This document shows, one piece after another, positions 10,609 to 20,915 of a DNA stretch of 64,000 nucleotides (position 1 is the stretch's first letter; every line of letters starts with the position of its first letter). A program made the position numbers and the translations under genes. The notes under the pieces are model-generated. The model made no database searches. It saw only the letters and a program-made list of their open reading frames with translations, and had not been told where the DNA came from. The stretch comes from Bacillota bacterium (GTDB lineage Bacteria; Bacillota; Ch66; Ch109), in NCBI GenBank assembly GCA_050952625.1, contig JBMNLH010000001.1, positions 1 through 64,000 of the forward strand, in the 5' to 3' direction.

Positions 10609-10788
10609 TAGTTCAAGATTTTAATAATAACGTTTATTATTTCAATCTGCCTTATAGTAAGTGCTTCCATACAACTATATAATATGTTAGGAAGCAAATC
10701 TTTAATAATTTTTACACTGGCAGCAGTAGCATTTATTGAATTGATTAGGGTAGCATTTTCAGGTAATAAATTTGATAACCAAGGTTAA
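10609..10788 (+). pseudogene. small two-TM membrane protein with TAG in place of the start codon
   Basis: AGGAGGTG RBS, then TAG, then FKILIITFIISICLIVSASIQLY...SLIIFTLAAVAFIELIRVAF...*. Confidence 0.45.
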
Positions 10789-10800
10789 GGGTAATTGGCG

Positions 10801-10975
10801 ATTGTTGACCAATAATAATCAATATTAGCCATTATTACTACTTGTTAGCCATTATTAAACTTTGATAAGTGCATTATAAACCTGTTATATAGTGGTTAAT
10901 AACAGTTAAGAACCATTGTTAGTAGTTATTACTGGGTATAAACTGTTAGGGGCTATTAGTGATAATTATTAACTT
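10801..10975. repeat. degenerate ~20-bp tandem repeats (candidate parC or iterons)
   Basis: attgttgaccaataataatc / aatattagccattattacta / cttgttagccattattaaac, then recurring gtta/atta at roughly 10-bp spacing. Confidence 0.45.
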
Positions 10976-11203
10976 TCAATATTGGCGGATATATTGAGAA
11001 ATGCTGCCTGTTTAAACGTAGAGTGAGTTGATTTTCCTAATTATTTAATTCGTGCCGAAAAAAATCGCTATAGAGGATGACTATGCTATAAATAAAATAA
11101 ATAAAAGGAACAAAATCAAAAGAAATAGAAAGAAATTGATATAAAATCCCAGTAGGCTAATATAGGGCTAAATCAGTATAAATCGGCTAAAATAGACTTT
11201 TTT

Positions 11204-11247
11204 AAAATAACCATTTTGTTATCAACTACAAAACGGTTATTTTTTTT
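11204..11247 (+). terminator. intrinsic terminator
   Basis: aaaataaccattttgt...acaaaacggttattttttt. Confidence 0.55.
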
Positions 11248-11638
11248 GCTCAATTTTCGATATGCTCCTAAAAAAATAGAAGATTGCACAATAAAAAATC
11301 CATCAAAATAAATAAAATAGATTTAATGAGGAAAAGGAAGAAAAAAATTAAATAAAAGGACAAAAAACATTATTTGATAATTACCATAATAACATTGTGA
11401 AACATATCTTGGATAAGTGTAAAATGCCTTTATAATAAGTTGAAATTAAAATGCTTTAATAAAGCAGAACAATTAAATAAAGATGTTAATAACAGGAATA
11501 ATGAGATTAAACTAGTTTAGTGAAGATGAATGGGCAAATAATTATAGTTCAATAATGAAAAATATGGCAAATCATGATATCATAAATTTATACTGTTGTC
11601 CACAGTTATTAATGTTTTTAATTGGGAGAGTGTGGGAA

Positions 11639-12241
11639 GTGAATATAAGCAAAAATAAACAAGTTTTTATAAAAACAATATTAGATTTTAGAGATGAAAT
11701 AATAAATGTTTTAAATAGGACTATTTATACAAGTGAGATTGAAAGGTTAAGTGAGGAATATCAAGGACGATTTAGTGCTGATCGATTCAAAGAATATCTT
11801 GTTAGTAAAACTGCTTTACATATTGTGATGAAATATATTTTTATAAGAATGATGACAGAAGGAGAGGGAGTAGTAAGTCCCAAACTAAATAATGAAGGCA
11901 TTAACAATTGGAATGAGATGACAAAAAATTATCGTGGAGACTATTTAATGCTCTTTAAAATAGCAACCGAAGATCTAAGAAGGGATAAAAACACAAATGC
12001 ATTTTTTGAACCTTGCTTATATGATGAATTCTTAGACAAACTTGAACGTAGTGTATTTAATAAATCTAAAGATAATTCTTTAGACAAACTTATGAATTTT
12101 GATTTCAAAACATTAGATCCTAATACGGCGGTTAGCGTATTTGATAATTTATATCCCAGTGAAGATAGAAAAACTCTACAAGGTTTTTTGGAAGAATCTA
12201 AGATTACAACTTATTTGATGGAATTACTTGGATTACTTTAG
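11639..12241 (+). CDS. non-catalytic paralog of the N-terminal domain of the downstream methyltransferase
   Basis: KTALHIVMKYIFIRMM and FDFKTLDPNTAVSVFDNLYPSEDRKTLQGF align with MTase RASYTILNKILFIRIC and FNFKYADGSILGDVYEKFMDRDTRKAIGQF; GTG start after GGGAG. Confidence 0.65.
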   Translation: MNISKNKQVFIKTILDFRDEIINVLNRTIYTSEIERLSEEYQGRFSADRFKEYLVSKTALHIVMKYIFIRMMTEGEGVVSPKLNNEGINNWNEMTKNYRGDYLMLFKIATEDLRRDKNTNAFFEPCLYDEFLDKLERSVFNKSKDNSLDKLMNFDFKTLDPNTAVSVFDNLYPSEDRKTLQGFLEESKITTYLMELLGLL

Positions 12242-12251
12242 GGGTGGAAAA

Positions 12252-15200
12252 ATGATTAGTGAGAACATATTAGATAAATCAAAACTTATTGCAGAACTTA
12301 AAGAAATACATAATGAACTTGTAGAGGTTTATAAAAGTATATTTGAATATAAATATAGCACTAATGAAGGTTTTAAGAATTTTATAGATAGACAGTATAG
12401 GGAAAACGGTATCAGTAAAAGAGAACAACAGGCTTGGAATGATAATTTTTGTCACAGGGCATCATATACCATTCTAAATAAAATATTGTTTATAAGGATT
12501 TGTGAAGACAAGGGTTTTATGCTAAATCCTGAGGATTATATTGCTGGAGTGCCCAAGGATCCCCATATTGGTGAAAAACTATCAAGAAAAGGCCTTCAGA
12601 AATGGGCTAATCTCGTAACTAATTATACCTTAGGGGAATTAGTTAAACTAGCCTTCCTAGATATGAAAAAGTCTTATGCAAATATCATACTTTATAAGGA
12701 TGATAAGTATGATATTTTAAATCCTACAATTGAAGAACTAAGCCTGAAGTATATAGAAGGTGATGAAGAAACTCAAAAATTGATTCTACAATTTGAGAAC
12801 ATCCTAGATAGTATCGTTGAGAAATTAGATACCAATAAGTTTAACTTCAAATATGCAGATGGAAGCATTCTTGGTGATGTTTATGAAAAATTTATGGATA
12901 GAGATACTCGAAAGGCTATTGGTCAATTTTACACACCTGAGTTTGTTATAGAGTTTATATTGAAAAATACTGTGGCTAAGGCTGATGTTGTAGAAAATCC
13001 TTTTGTTACCGTTGCAGATATATCATGCGGATCAGGACATTTTTTAATAATGGCCTATGATATTTTAAGGAACAAGTTTATAAAGAACCTGGAAATATTA
13101 AGGGACAAATACGCTAATGAGATTTACGTTATCAAAAGGCATGGAAGAGTTGAGAAGGTAAATGGAAAGGATTACTGGAAGGAAGAAAATATTCATTATC
13201 ATTTATTAAAACATTGTATCTACGGTGCTGATATAGATAGTTTTGCTGTTCAGTTGACTACAATAAATTTGCTTCTGAAAGATCTTGACAACTTTACTGA
13301 TGAACTAAATATTATTGAATGTGATAGTCTTATAAAGTGGGAAGAAGACTATGAGTGGCAGGATTTGAAGAAACAATTACAAGATATAAGTATGATGTAT
13401 ACAGTTAAATATAGAGATTTGCATGGGATAGAGAGAGTAGAGGATGTAGGTAGGCAAAAGGCAGAAGAAATAGTCAAATTATGCGAGTTTTGGAATAAGA
13501 AATATGATTATGTAGTGGGGAACCCGCCGTATGGTTCAAAAATAAACAGTACTGCATTAAAAGATTATTATATGAACAAATACAATGATGTTCATATGAG
13601 AACAATCGATGTATATAATTACTTTATATCAAGGGCTACAAAAAAGTTAAAAATTCAGTTAGGGTACATTATTCCAAGCACTTTATTAGCCCAGTTTGAA
13701 TACTCAAATTGTAGAAAATACCTAATCAATCATTATGGGATATCGCAGATAATACATTTGGGGGAAAATGTATTTGACGATAACGCATATCCAACGATGA
13801 TCCTAGTCCTAAACAGTAATAAGGAAAATCAAATAATAAAAATTTTAGATGTAAGTAACAGCATGAATAATGAGGAAAGAAAAGAAAAAATTAATAATGA
13901 TGAGTTATATAAAGAAATAAAACAAAAAATGTATAAGGTTATAGATAATACCAAATTTCTACTAGTTGATGAAAAATACATAGAATTAATGTTTAAAATA
14001 AGGTCTGAACATGCAACTCTTATAGAACTCTGTCAAAATGTTTCTGTAGGGATTGCAAGTGGAAACGATAGGGCCTTTGTCATTCGACAAAGCGAGGTTA
14101 GTAATGTAGATAAAATATTGTTAAAAAAATTATTAGTAGGAGGAGACATCAGTAGATATAACCTAGATTATTCAGGCAAGAATATTTTATATATAGACAG
14201 AGAGACTAATGTGACAAATTGTGATAGAACGATTAAACATCTGGAAAAATTCAAAGAACAATTAAGTTCCAGACGGGAAGCAAGAAAAGGAGTTATGAGA
14301 TGGTTTGAATTGCACTGGCCAAGAAATAAGGAGTTGTTTGAATCTAAAAAGGTTATATGTAGACAAACGGGTGACGAATTAATTGCCACTGTTGATGATA
14401 AAAAGCATTATACATTAAACAGCATAATAAATATTGTTTTAAAACCTGCCGTTAAATCTAAAGTTTCTGAGGAATATATATGTGCACTTTTAAATTCAAG
14501 GCTTATGAATTTTTATTATAAATTAATTGTGCAAGAAGATGATAAAGCATTTGCTGAGGTAAAACCTGTAGTTCTCAAAGAGTTACCGATACCAATAGTT
14601 GATAGTGATTGTATGACAAGAATAAATTCATTAGTTTCAGAATTAATTGATATAAACAACCAAAAACGCGAACTTTACCAACAATTTATCGTAGATAAAA
14701 ATGTAATAGACAATTATATCTCAAAAGTTGATAGAATAGAGACTAACAATTATAGGGCATACGAAATAGAAGAAGAATTAAATGCTATTGTGTATGAGTC
14801 GTTTGGTATTGATAAGGAATCGATTAAAATAATTGAAGATTATTATAAAAATAAGAATGATAAATCTAATAATACGGTATTAAATGTTGAAAGATTTATT
14901 AATGAGCATATAAATAACGGTTTAAATTTAAAGGAAATTGCGGAAAAATTTAATGTTGATTACGGAGAGGTTATTGAATTTAGACAAAAGTATAAGTATA
15001 AGGGAAAATCCCTAGCGTTAAGTCTTTACAATTATTCAAATCTCTACAGATCTATTGATGGATATTTTGTAAGGGTAACTAGGGATATTCTATACAGTAA
15101 CAAAAGATATATTGAAATCAGTAAATGTTTGGCTTTGTTAGAGCAAAGAATATTAAATTTTAATGAATATATAGATATTTTAAGAAACAGGACTGGTAAA

Positions 15201-15530
15201 CTTAAGAGAAAATTAGATATGCTTAAAGATTGTCTTAGTGGAGATGTTTACACTTGGAACGCATATAGAAAAGCAAAACTGACCGACAAAATAAATAAAA
15301 CTTTTATCAAATATTACGATAGCAATTACTATGGCCTTGCCGAATGGTCAGACGAAATTCATAAAAACTATTTCCTAGATGCTATAGAGGAATATACAGT
15401 AAATAATCCAAATGAAAAGAAAGCAAGAGATATACTTAAACTATTTAAGGATTTAGACATTGAAGATAAAAAGGATTATATTGAAGTTATTCAAGAAAAG
15501 ATAAAAACTGCTTTTGTTAGGGGGTGTTAA
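12252..15530 (+). CDS. N6-adenine DNA methyltransferase with target-recognition domain (PglX/PglXI-like)
   Basis: GQFYTP, DISCGSGHFL (motif I), GNPPY (motif IV), TaqI-C-like region (ICRQT, LLNSRL). Confidence 0.9.
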   Translation: MISENILDKSKLIAELKEIHNELVEVYKSIFEYKYSTNEGFKNFIDRQYRENGISKREQQAWNDNFCHRASYTILNKILFIRICEDKGFMLNPEDYIAGVPKDPHIGEKLSRKGLQKWANLVTNYTLGELVKLAFLDMKKSYANIILYKDDKYDILNPTIEELSLKYIEGDEETQKLILQFENILDSIVEKLDTNKFNFKYADGSILGDVYEKFMDRDTRKAIGQFYTPEFVIEFILKNTVAKADVVENPFVTVADISCGSGHFLIMAYDILRNKFIKNLEILRDKYANEIYVIKRHGRVEKVNGKDYWKEENIHYHLLKHCIYGADIDSFAVQLTTINLLLKDLDNFTDELNIIECDSLIKWEEDYEWQDLKKQLQDISMMYTVKYRDLHGIERVEDVGRQKAEEIVKLCEFWNKKYDYVVGNPPYGSKINSTALKDYYMNKYNDVHMRTIDVYNYFISRATKKLKIQLGYIIPSTLLAQFEYSNCRKYLINHYGISQIIHLGENVFDDNAYPTMILVLNSNKENQIIKILDVSNSMNNEERKEKINNDELYKEIKQKMYKVIDNTKFLLVDEKYIELMFKIRSEHATLIELCQNVSVGIASGNDRAFVIRQSEVSNVDKILLKKLLVGGDISRYNLDYSGKNILYIDRETNVTNCDRTIKHLEKFKEQLSSRREARKGVMRWFELHWPRNKELFESKKVICRQTGDELIATVDDKKHYTLNSIINIVLKPAVKSKVSEEYICALLNSRLMNFYYKLIVQEDDKAFAEVKPVVLKELPIPIVDSDCMTRINSLVSELIDINNQKRELYQQFIVDKNVIDNYISKVDRIETNNYRAYEIEEELNAIVYESFGIDKESIKIIEDYYKNKNDKSNNTVLNVERFINEHINNGLNLKEIAEKFNVDYGEVIEFRQKYKYKGKSLALSLYNYSNLYRSIDGYFVRVTRDILYSNKRYIEISKCLALLEQRILNFNEYIDILRNRTGKLKRKLDMLKDCLSGDVYTWNAYRKAKLTDKINKTFIKYYDSNYYGLAEWSDEIHKNYFLDAIEEYTVNNPNEKKARDILKLFKDLDIEDKKDYIEVIQEKIKTAFVRGC

Positions 15531-15531
15531 T

Positions 15532-16308
15532 TTGCTTATACAAACTATATCGGAGAAGATACCAATTGATGAAACAATAAAGGGATTAGAGTTTATTGAG
15601 CATGAAAGAAATTTAAGCAAATTAAAATCGTATATGGATGCTCTAATGCCTTTTGGTGAGCAAACAGTTGTAAAATATAGAAATAAATTTATACAAAGGT
15701 TTGTTGAAACTGAAGGGGAGCAAATTATTTATACCCCTCTTATACAGTTTATTAATAAAATGAGTAGTTATCAAACAAAAAAGGAAGTTATTTATTTCAT
15801 CGTCTGTTATACATCTAGTGCGGTAGGGGAAATAGCAAAAGGATTTCATGATGGTTTAATATCGGAAAAGATTGAAGCAGATAAATTGTATGAAATATTT
15901 AAAGCAGCGATGCCACATGTAAAAGAAAGTTCAATAAAGAAAACTTTCAACGTAGCAACTACTATACTTGAAGATTTCGGTATACTGCATCAGAAAAAGG
16001 ATGGAATTAAAAAGAAAAAATTCTTTGTACTAAACAATAATATAAGATCCTCAAATGAAGGGATTTTATTTAACCTATATTATGAATTTTTAAAATTAAG
16101 GGGCAATAAAATGCCCGAGGAAGAACTAATTTTAAACTGCGATACTTTTAAATATTTTATAATGAGTGACTTAATGAAAAAAAGGCATTTAAAATGGATG
16201 CTAGACTATGGATATATTGAGCATTATGTAATGGGAGGAAACTCTAAATACCAATTTTCTTATGATTCCTTGGAGCATCTTGTAAAGAAGGTGATTGCTA
16301 ATGATTGA
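15532..16308 (+). CDS. putative BrxA-like DNA-binding protein
   Basis: Size, winged-helix-like segments (ILEDFGIL, MLDYGYIE) and position in BREX operon. Confidence 0.5.
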   Translation: MLIQTISEKIPIDETIKGLEFIEHERNLSKLKSYMDALMPFGEQTVVKYRNKFIQRFVETEGEQIIYTPLIQFINKMSSYQTKKEVIYFIVCYTSSAVGEIAKGFHDGLISEKIEADKLYEIFKAAMPHVKESSIKKTFNVATTILEDFGILHQKKDGIKKKKFFVLNNNIRSSNEGILFNLYYEFLKLRGNKMPEEELILNCDTFKYFIMSDLMKKRHLKWMLDYGYIEHYVMGGNSKYQFSYDSLEHLVKKVIAND

Positions 16309-16750
16309 GCAGATTGATAATGCATTGGAAAGTATGGGGCAAAGAAGGATACTATTCATTATTGGAGATCACCTAAGTGGTAAAACAAGGTTAGTCAAGG
16401 ATTATCTATTTCATAGATTTGGACAAGATGCAGATTCCTATTATGTAGATGTGGGTTTATTTATTAAAAGTAAAATTACCGATGAGCATGTAGATTTATA
16501 CAGAATTTATCCTACAGAATTCGTTGGGGATGCTGATGTTTTTTTTAAGCAGTTAATTAAAGAAAAATATCAAGATAAAGATCTAATTGTCCTTGATCAT
16601 ATGGAATTCTTGCTTTCAGAAAAATATGTTGGTTGGATAAAAATATTAGATAAGATTACCGTGAAGAATAAAACTGCTATTATTGTCGTGCCAAGTGAAT
16701 ATGAAAAGAGTCTACCTCTTTTTGCGTATAAATATTTAAAGGTTGATTAG
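16301..16750 (+). CDS. brxF: BrxF-like small P-loop protein
   Basis: IIGDHLSGKT Walker A and LIVLDHMEFL Walker B-like motif in ~150 aa, directly before the large ATPase. Confidence 0.6.
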   Translation: MIEQIDNALESMGQRRILFIIGDHLSGKTRLVKDYLFHRFGQDADSYYVDVGLFIKSKITDEHVDLYRIYPTEFVGDADVFFKQLIKEKYQDKDLIVLDHMEFLLSEKYVGWIKILDKITVKNKTAIIVVPSEYEKSLPLFAYKYLKVD

Positions 16751-16763
16751 GGGGGATAGGAAG

Positions 16764-19700
16764 ATGAAGATTAAAGAAATTATTGAGGTACCTCAAATTG
16801 ACAAGATTGTCAGACTGACGGACAACCTATCTGATAAAGCAGACAAGGATAAACTTAGCGACCTACTAAAAGGTTATGTAATAACTGATAGTGTAGAAAA
16901 AAACTTAAGTAATTTCTTCTATAAAATAACTAACTTTAAGGATAAAGGTCATGGTTTCCTTATATCAGGCCTCCCTGGATGTGGTAAATCACACTTTTTG
17001 TCCGTTTTAGGACTACTTATTAAACATAATGACGCCTTTAACATCATGGAAGGGAAAAGTGAGTCTATAGACAAAGCGAAAGTATTCTTCAAAGATAAAA
17101 AAATTTTTGTTGTGCCTATTATTGCAGAAGAAGGTGGCCCTGAGGTTTCACTGCAGGACATGTTTTTTGATGCAGCGGAAGAGATAACAGGTTTTCCTTT
17201 TACTGATGAAAGTTATTATATTAAGCAATTTGAAGAGGCTATCGTTGCTAACAGTAATTATGAAAAAAAAGTTGATCAATTTGTGAGAACAAGTTCAAAC
17301 AATAAATTTTTGACTTGGGCTGATTTTAAGTCAAAAATGAAAAACAACAGAACAATAACAACATTGATACAAGCATTCATTGACAAACATGAGATTGTTT
17401 TTTTCAATCCTAACAGAGGTAGGAAAGATAGGTTGGACTATCTTTATAAATGGTTAGATGAGGAAAACTATGACGGAATACTAGTACTAATTGACGAACT
17501 TTCAGAGTACTTAAATGACAGAGGGACCAAAGCGAGAGATGATGCATTGTTTTTAAAAGTATTCTTAGAAAATGCCGAACAAGAAAGGAATGGGAGTGTT
17601 ATTCCAGCATGGATTGTCGGGGCATTTCTATCTTCTTTAAACGATGTGAAAGTCCCTGATGTTTATGACTTGATGAAGGATAGATTTCCAACGGAAAATC
17701 AATTTACTTTAAAAGTAGATGATATAGAGGAGATTATTGACCAAAGGCTTATAATGAAGAAAAAACCGGAAAAAATTGAAGAAGCATTTGTGTTGCTGAA
17801 AAATAAATACAATGCTTTTGATAAAGTAGAAAAAAAGACGTTTCAGCAAATATATCCTCTTCACCCTGAAACATTAAATATCTTATCTAAATCTGTTCGC
17901 TTCTTATCAAGGCAAAGATCTATAGTTGATTTTGTTCTAAGTGAAGTAAAAGGAAATTTAGATGAGGGTGGAACTACTAAAGGAATAATGGATGATGATT
18001 TCCTTAAATTAGTAACCCCAGATAGAATATTAAACCACTTTCAACAAAGAATCAGGGAGTTAAGTGATAAAAGGGAATACTTTGAAACCATATATTCATA
18101 TTATATGGGTCCTGAAGGTTTAGGGAATGGAAAAATAAAAGATTTGTTTAAAGATGATGAATCGGACAGAGAAACTGCGTGTAAATTAATTGATGTTATG
18201 ACACTGTTAAAGATACTAGATTTGGAGAAGGAATATACCGTTAGAGATTTAACGTATATGATTCAATATCCAAAGATGCAAGGGGATTTTGCTGAAATAA
18301 AGGTTAACAGAATTTTATTAGATATGTATGAAAAAGGTAGATTCATTGAAATAGACCCAGGAAATAGCAATGATAATGTAGGTAATAATAAATACTATAT
18401 CAACAAAGATATAAGCCTATCTACCAAAATAACCCAGGACTTAAAGAAAAAACTTGGGTTGATTGAGGGAGAGAGTGTTGTATCTATTGTTTCAGAAATA
18501 ACAAAAACTTTAACTCAAGAACCCTTAAATATAAGCAATTATTATAATGAGCCTACCCCATATCGAATAAATTGGGGTAACACCATAAGAGAAGGTGTTG
18601 TTTTATTTAATCGACTTGAGAAGGTAGCATCAAAAGAGCATTTATCTAAGGCTCTAGATGATCTGAAAAATTCAGAAAATGATTTTTATCTTTATATTGG
18701 GACAGTTTTTAAACATGACGAACAAAAAAAGTTTATTGATAAGTCTTTAAGAGATTTAGGCAATGGAGAAAAGCAACAATCGTTATTGTCTATGTGGTCT
18801 AACTTTGAGAATGAGGCCTCAAAAGAAATAGAAAAGAGGTTATCTAAGGCTATTGTTTACTGGCTACCATCTGATGAACTAGAAAGAGAAGAAGGAAAAG
18901 ATAAATTACAAAGGCTAAGGGAATATTACGCTTATTTGGAACTTTGCAAAGAATATCAAAGAAGTTATGAGGATACCCATTCAAAAGAAAGTAAACAATT
19001 ACTAAATATAGTAGAAGAAAAGATATTAAACCTAGAGGATGAAATCTTCCAAATACTAAAGAATCTTTATTTGACTGGCAACTTTTTTAATATTGATGGA
19101 AGAATAGATGTGGATATTTCTTCCTATGGGAATGATTCTTTAAATAATATTATAAAAACTGTTATGGATATCGTGCTTGGACAGGTTTATAGCAGCAATA
19201 GGTTTATTTGCCCAGACGAAAATTTAGGGTTAACAGATAATACAGTCAATAAGTTCATAAACAATTTTATTCTAGGTGGGAAAACCGATCCAACTGGGAT
19301 AGAAGCAAGCATAATTAAGAATGTTGTAAAAAAATTTGGAGATACCAGTATTAAAAATGACTTTTTCAAATTTAGTGTGGATTCTAAGAATAACAATCTT
19401 GTAAAACTGATAGTAAAAAACGTTGAAGACAAAGAAGAGATAATTTACAAGAACCTGTATAACATGGTAAGAAAATCACTATTTGGACCTGATAGAAATA
19501 CCATTGAGATACTTTTTGCAATGATGATAAAAAAAGGTTTTTTGATACCTATAAAAAATGATGTGCCAATTAATATTTCAAATATTAAGGCGCCTCTCAA
19601 TACCTCCATTTCAAAGTTTAAAATGGGTGAATTTGTGGATGAAAAATATAGTGAGGGTTTAATAAGAGTAACAAAACTTTTCTTTGATAAAAAGTTTGAA

Positions 19701-20906
19701 AAACAAGACTTATCGTTTCAGGAAGAATTGTGGGAGGATTTAGTTGAACTTAAGAGTCAAGTTATTTCCATAATAAATAATGCCAGTTATGAGATATCAG
19801 AATTCAGAAAAATTATTGGAATTGAACAGGATAGGTTTGAGAATACATACGGTATTCTTAATACTTTGAAGGAAATATTTGAAGGTGTCGTAGAAACTAA
19901 TGGGTCTAAAGATGGCTTAGAATATTTTATAGAAACTAATAGGGAAAGCATTATAGGAGGCTATTTAGAAAAAGTATATTTAGATTTTGGTATTATCTGC
20001 GACTGGATTAATTCAGATGTTCCTATGGATTTACAGAAAGTAAATAATCAGGCTAAAGGATACAGGAGTTTTATCCCTGAAAAGGAAGAATATTATGAGT
20101 TAATAAAGCAACATAACGAAATTATTAATCTATTAGATAACGGTGATGAATTTATATTTGGGTCAGTTGCTAATTCCTTAAATGAAAAGTTTAATGAATT
20201 CAAAAACAGTTACATTTCGTTATATGTGGAAGAACATAGAAAAGAAAACAATAAAAGTGAATTTGATGAACTGGAAAATGTTTTAAATGATGAAAATTTT
20301 ATATTTCTATCAAAGTTAAGTATTATTGAAAGAATTAATATGGATTATGATTATATCAACATTAAAAATGACATAGAAAGACAGTTATCAGACCAGTGTA
20401 AGGATTCCCCGATTAAATATATAGACAATGGAGAAAGCAGTTGCGTCTGTCACTTTAAATTAGGAGAAAAGAAATATGTAGAGAGCGGTGATTATTTTAA
20501 TAATGCTGTAACCAATGCCATATTGGGTTATATTGACGGGTTAAATACAGAAGCCAATAAAGAAAAGGTTTTTAAGTATATAGGCGATCTTAAACAAATA
20601 GGGGATAAAAAAGAAATTATATCTTTAGTAGAAAGGTTGTATGATATTCCCCTTGATAATGATAGATTAAATCAATATAAGGAATATCTAACTATAAATC
20701 CTGATGTAATACCTTTTTTAGATAAAGCCCTTAAAGTAAATATTAATTTTATACACAGAGATATTAACAAGTTGATAGAGGTTTTTAAAGATAAGGCTTA
20801 TTCCAAAGAGGAAATCATACAAAAATTTATACAAGTGGTTGATGGGCAAGATGAGATTAAGCCTAATTTCTATATTAAGTTCACAGATTTAAGAAGTGAT
20901 AACTAG
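16764..20906 (+). CDS. brxC: BREX large P-loop ATPase BrxC/PglY (DUF6079-like)
   Basis: GLPGCGKSHFL, LIDELSEYL, YPLHP, RQRS; long coiled-coil C-terminus with CxCxF motif. Confidence 0.8.
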   Translation: MKIKEIIEVPQIDKIVRLTDNLSDKADKDKLSDLLKGYVITDSVEKNLSNFFYKITNFKDKGHGFLISGLPGCGKSHFLSVLGLLIKHNDAFNIMEGKSESIDKAKVFFKDKKIFVVPIIAEEGGPEVSLQDMFFDAAEEITGFPFTDESYYIKQFEEAIVANSNYEKKVDQFVRTSSNNKFLTWADFKSKMKNNRTITTLIQAFIDKHEIVFFNPNRGRKDRLDYLYKWLDEENYDGILVLIDELSEYLNDRGTKARDDALFLKVFLENAEQERNGSVIPAWIVGAFLSSLNDVKVPDVYDLMKDRFPTENQFTLKVDDIEEIIDQRLIMKKKPEKIEEAFVLLKNKYNAFDKVEKKTFQQIYPLHPETLNILSKSVRFLSRQRSIVDFVLSEVKGNLDEGGTTKGIMDDDFLKLVTPDRILNHFQQRIRELSDKREYFETIYSYYMGPEGLGNGKIKDLFKDDESDRETACKLIDVMTLLKILDLEKEYTVRDLTYMIQYPKMQGDFAEIKVNRILLDMYEKGRFIEIDPGNSNDNVGNNKYYINKDISLSTKITQDLKKKLGLIEGESVVSIVSEITKTLTQEPLNISNYYNEPTPYRINWGNTIREGVVLFNRLEKVASKEHLSKALDDLKNSENDFYLYIGTVFKHDEQKKFIDKSLRDLGNGEKQQSLLSMWSNFENEASKEIEKRLSKAIVYWLPSDELEREEGKDKLQRLREYYAYLELCKEYQRSYEDTHSKESKQLLNIVEEKILNLEDEIFQILKNLYLTGNFFNIDGRIDVDISSYGNDSLNNIIKTVMDIVLGQVYSSNRFICPDENLGLTDNTVNKFINNFILGGKTDPTGIEASIIKNVVKKFGDTSIKNDFFKFSVDSKNNNLVKLIVKNVEDKEEIIYKNLYNMVRKSLFGPDRNTIEILFAMMIKKGFLIPIKNDVPINISNIKAPLNTSISKFKMGEFVDEKYSEGLIRVTKLFFDKKFEKQDLSFQEELWEDLVELKSQVISIINNASYEISEFRKIIGIEQDRFENTYGILNTLKEIFEGVVETNGSKDGLEYFIETNRESIIGGYLEKVYLDFGIICDWINSDVPMDLQKVNNQAKGYRSFIPEKEEYYELIKQHNEIINLLDNGDEFIFGSVANSLNEKFNEFKNSYISLYVEEHRKENNKSEFDELENVLNDENFIFLSKLSIIERINMDYDYINIKNDIERQLSDQCKDSPIKYIDNGESSCVCHFKLGEKKYVESGDYFNNAVTNAILGYIDGLNTEANKEKVFKYIGDLKQIGDKKEIISLVERLYDIPLDNDRLNQYKEYLTINPDVIPFLDKALKVNINFIHRDINKLIEVFKDKAYSKEEIIQKFIQVVDGQDEIKPNFYIKFTDLRSDN

Positions 20907-20915
20907 GTGATAATA

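Noticed and set aside
12228-15530. Stand-alone type IIG restriction-modification enzyme
   Set aside because: No N-terminal endonuclease motif seen; embedded in a BREX-like operon
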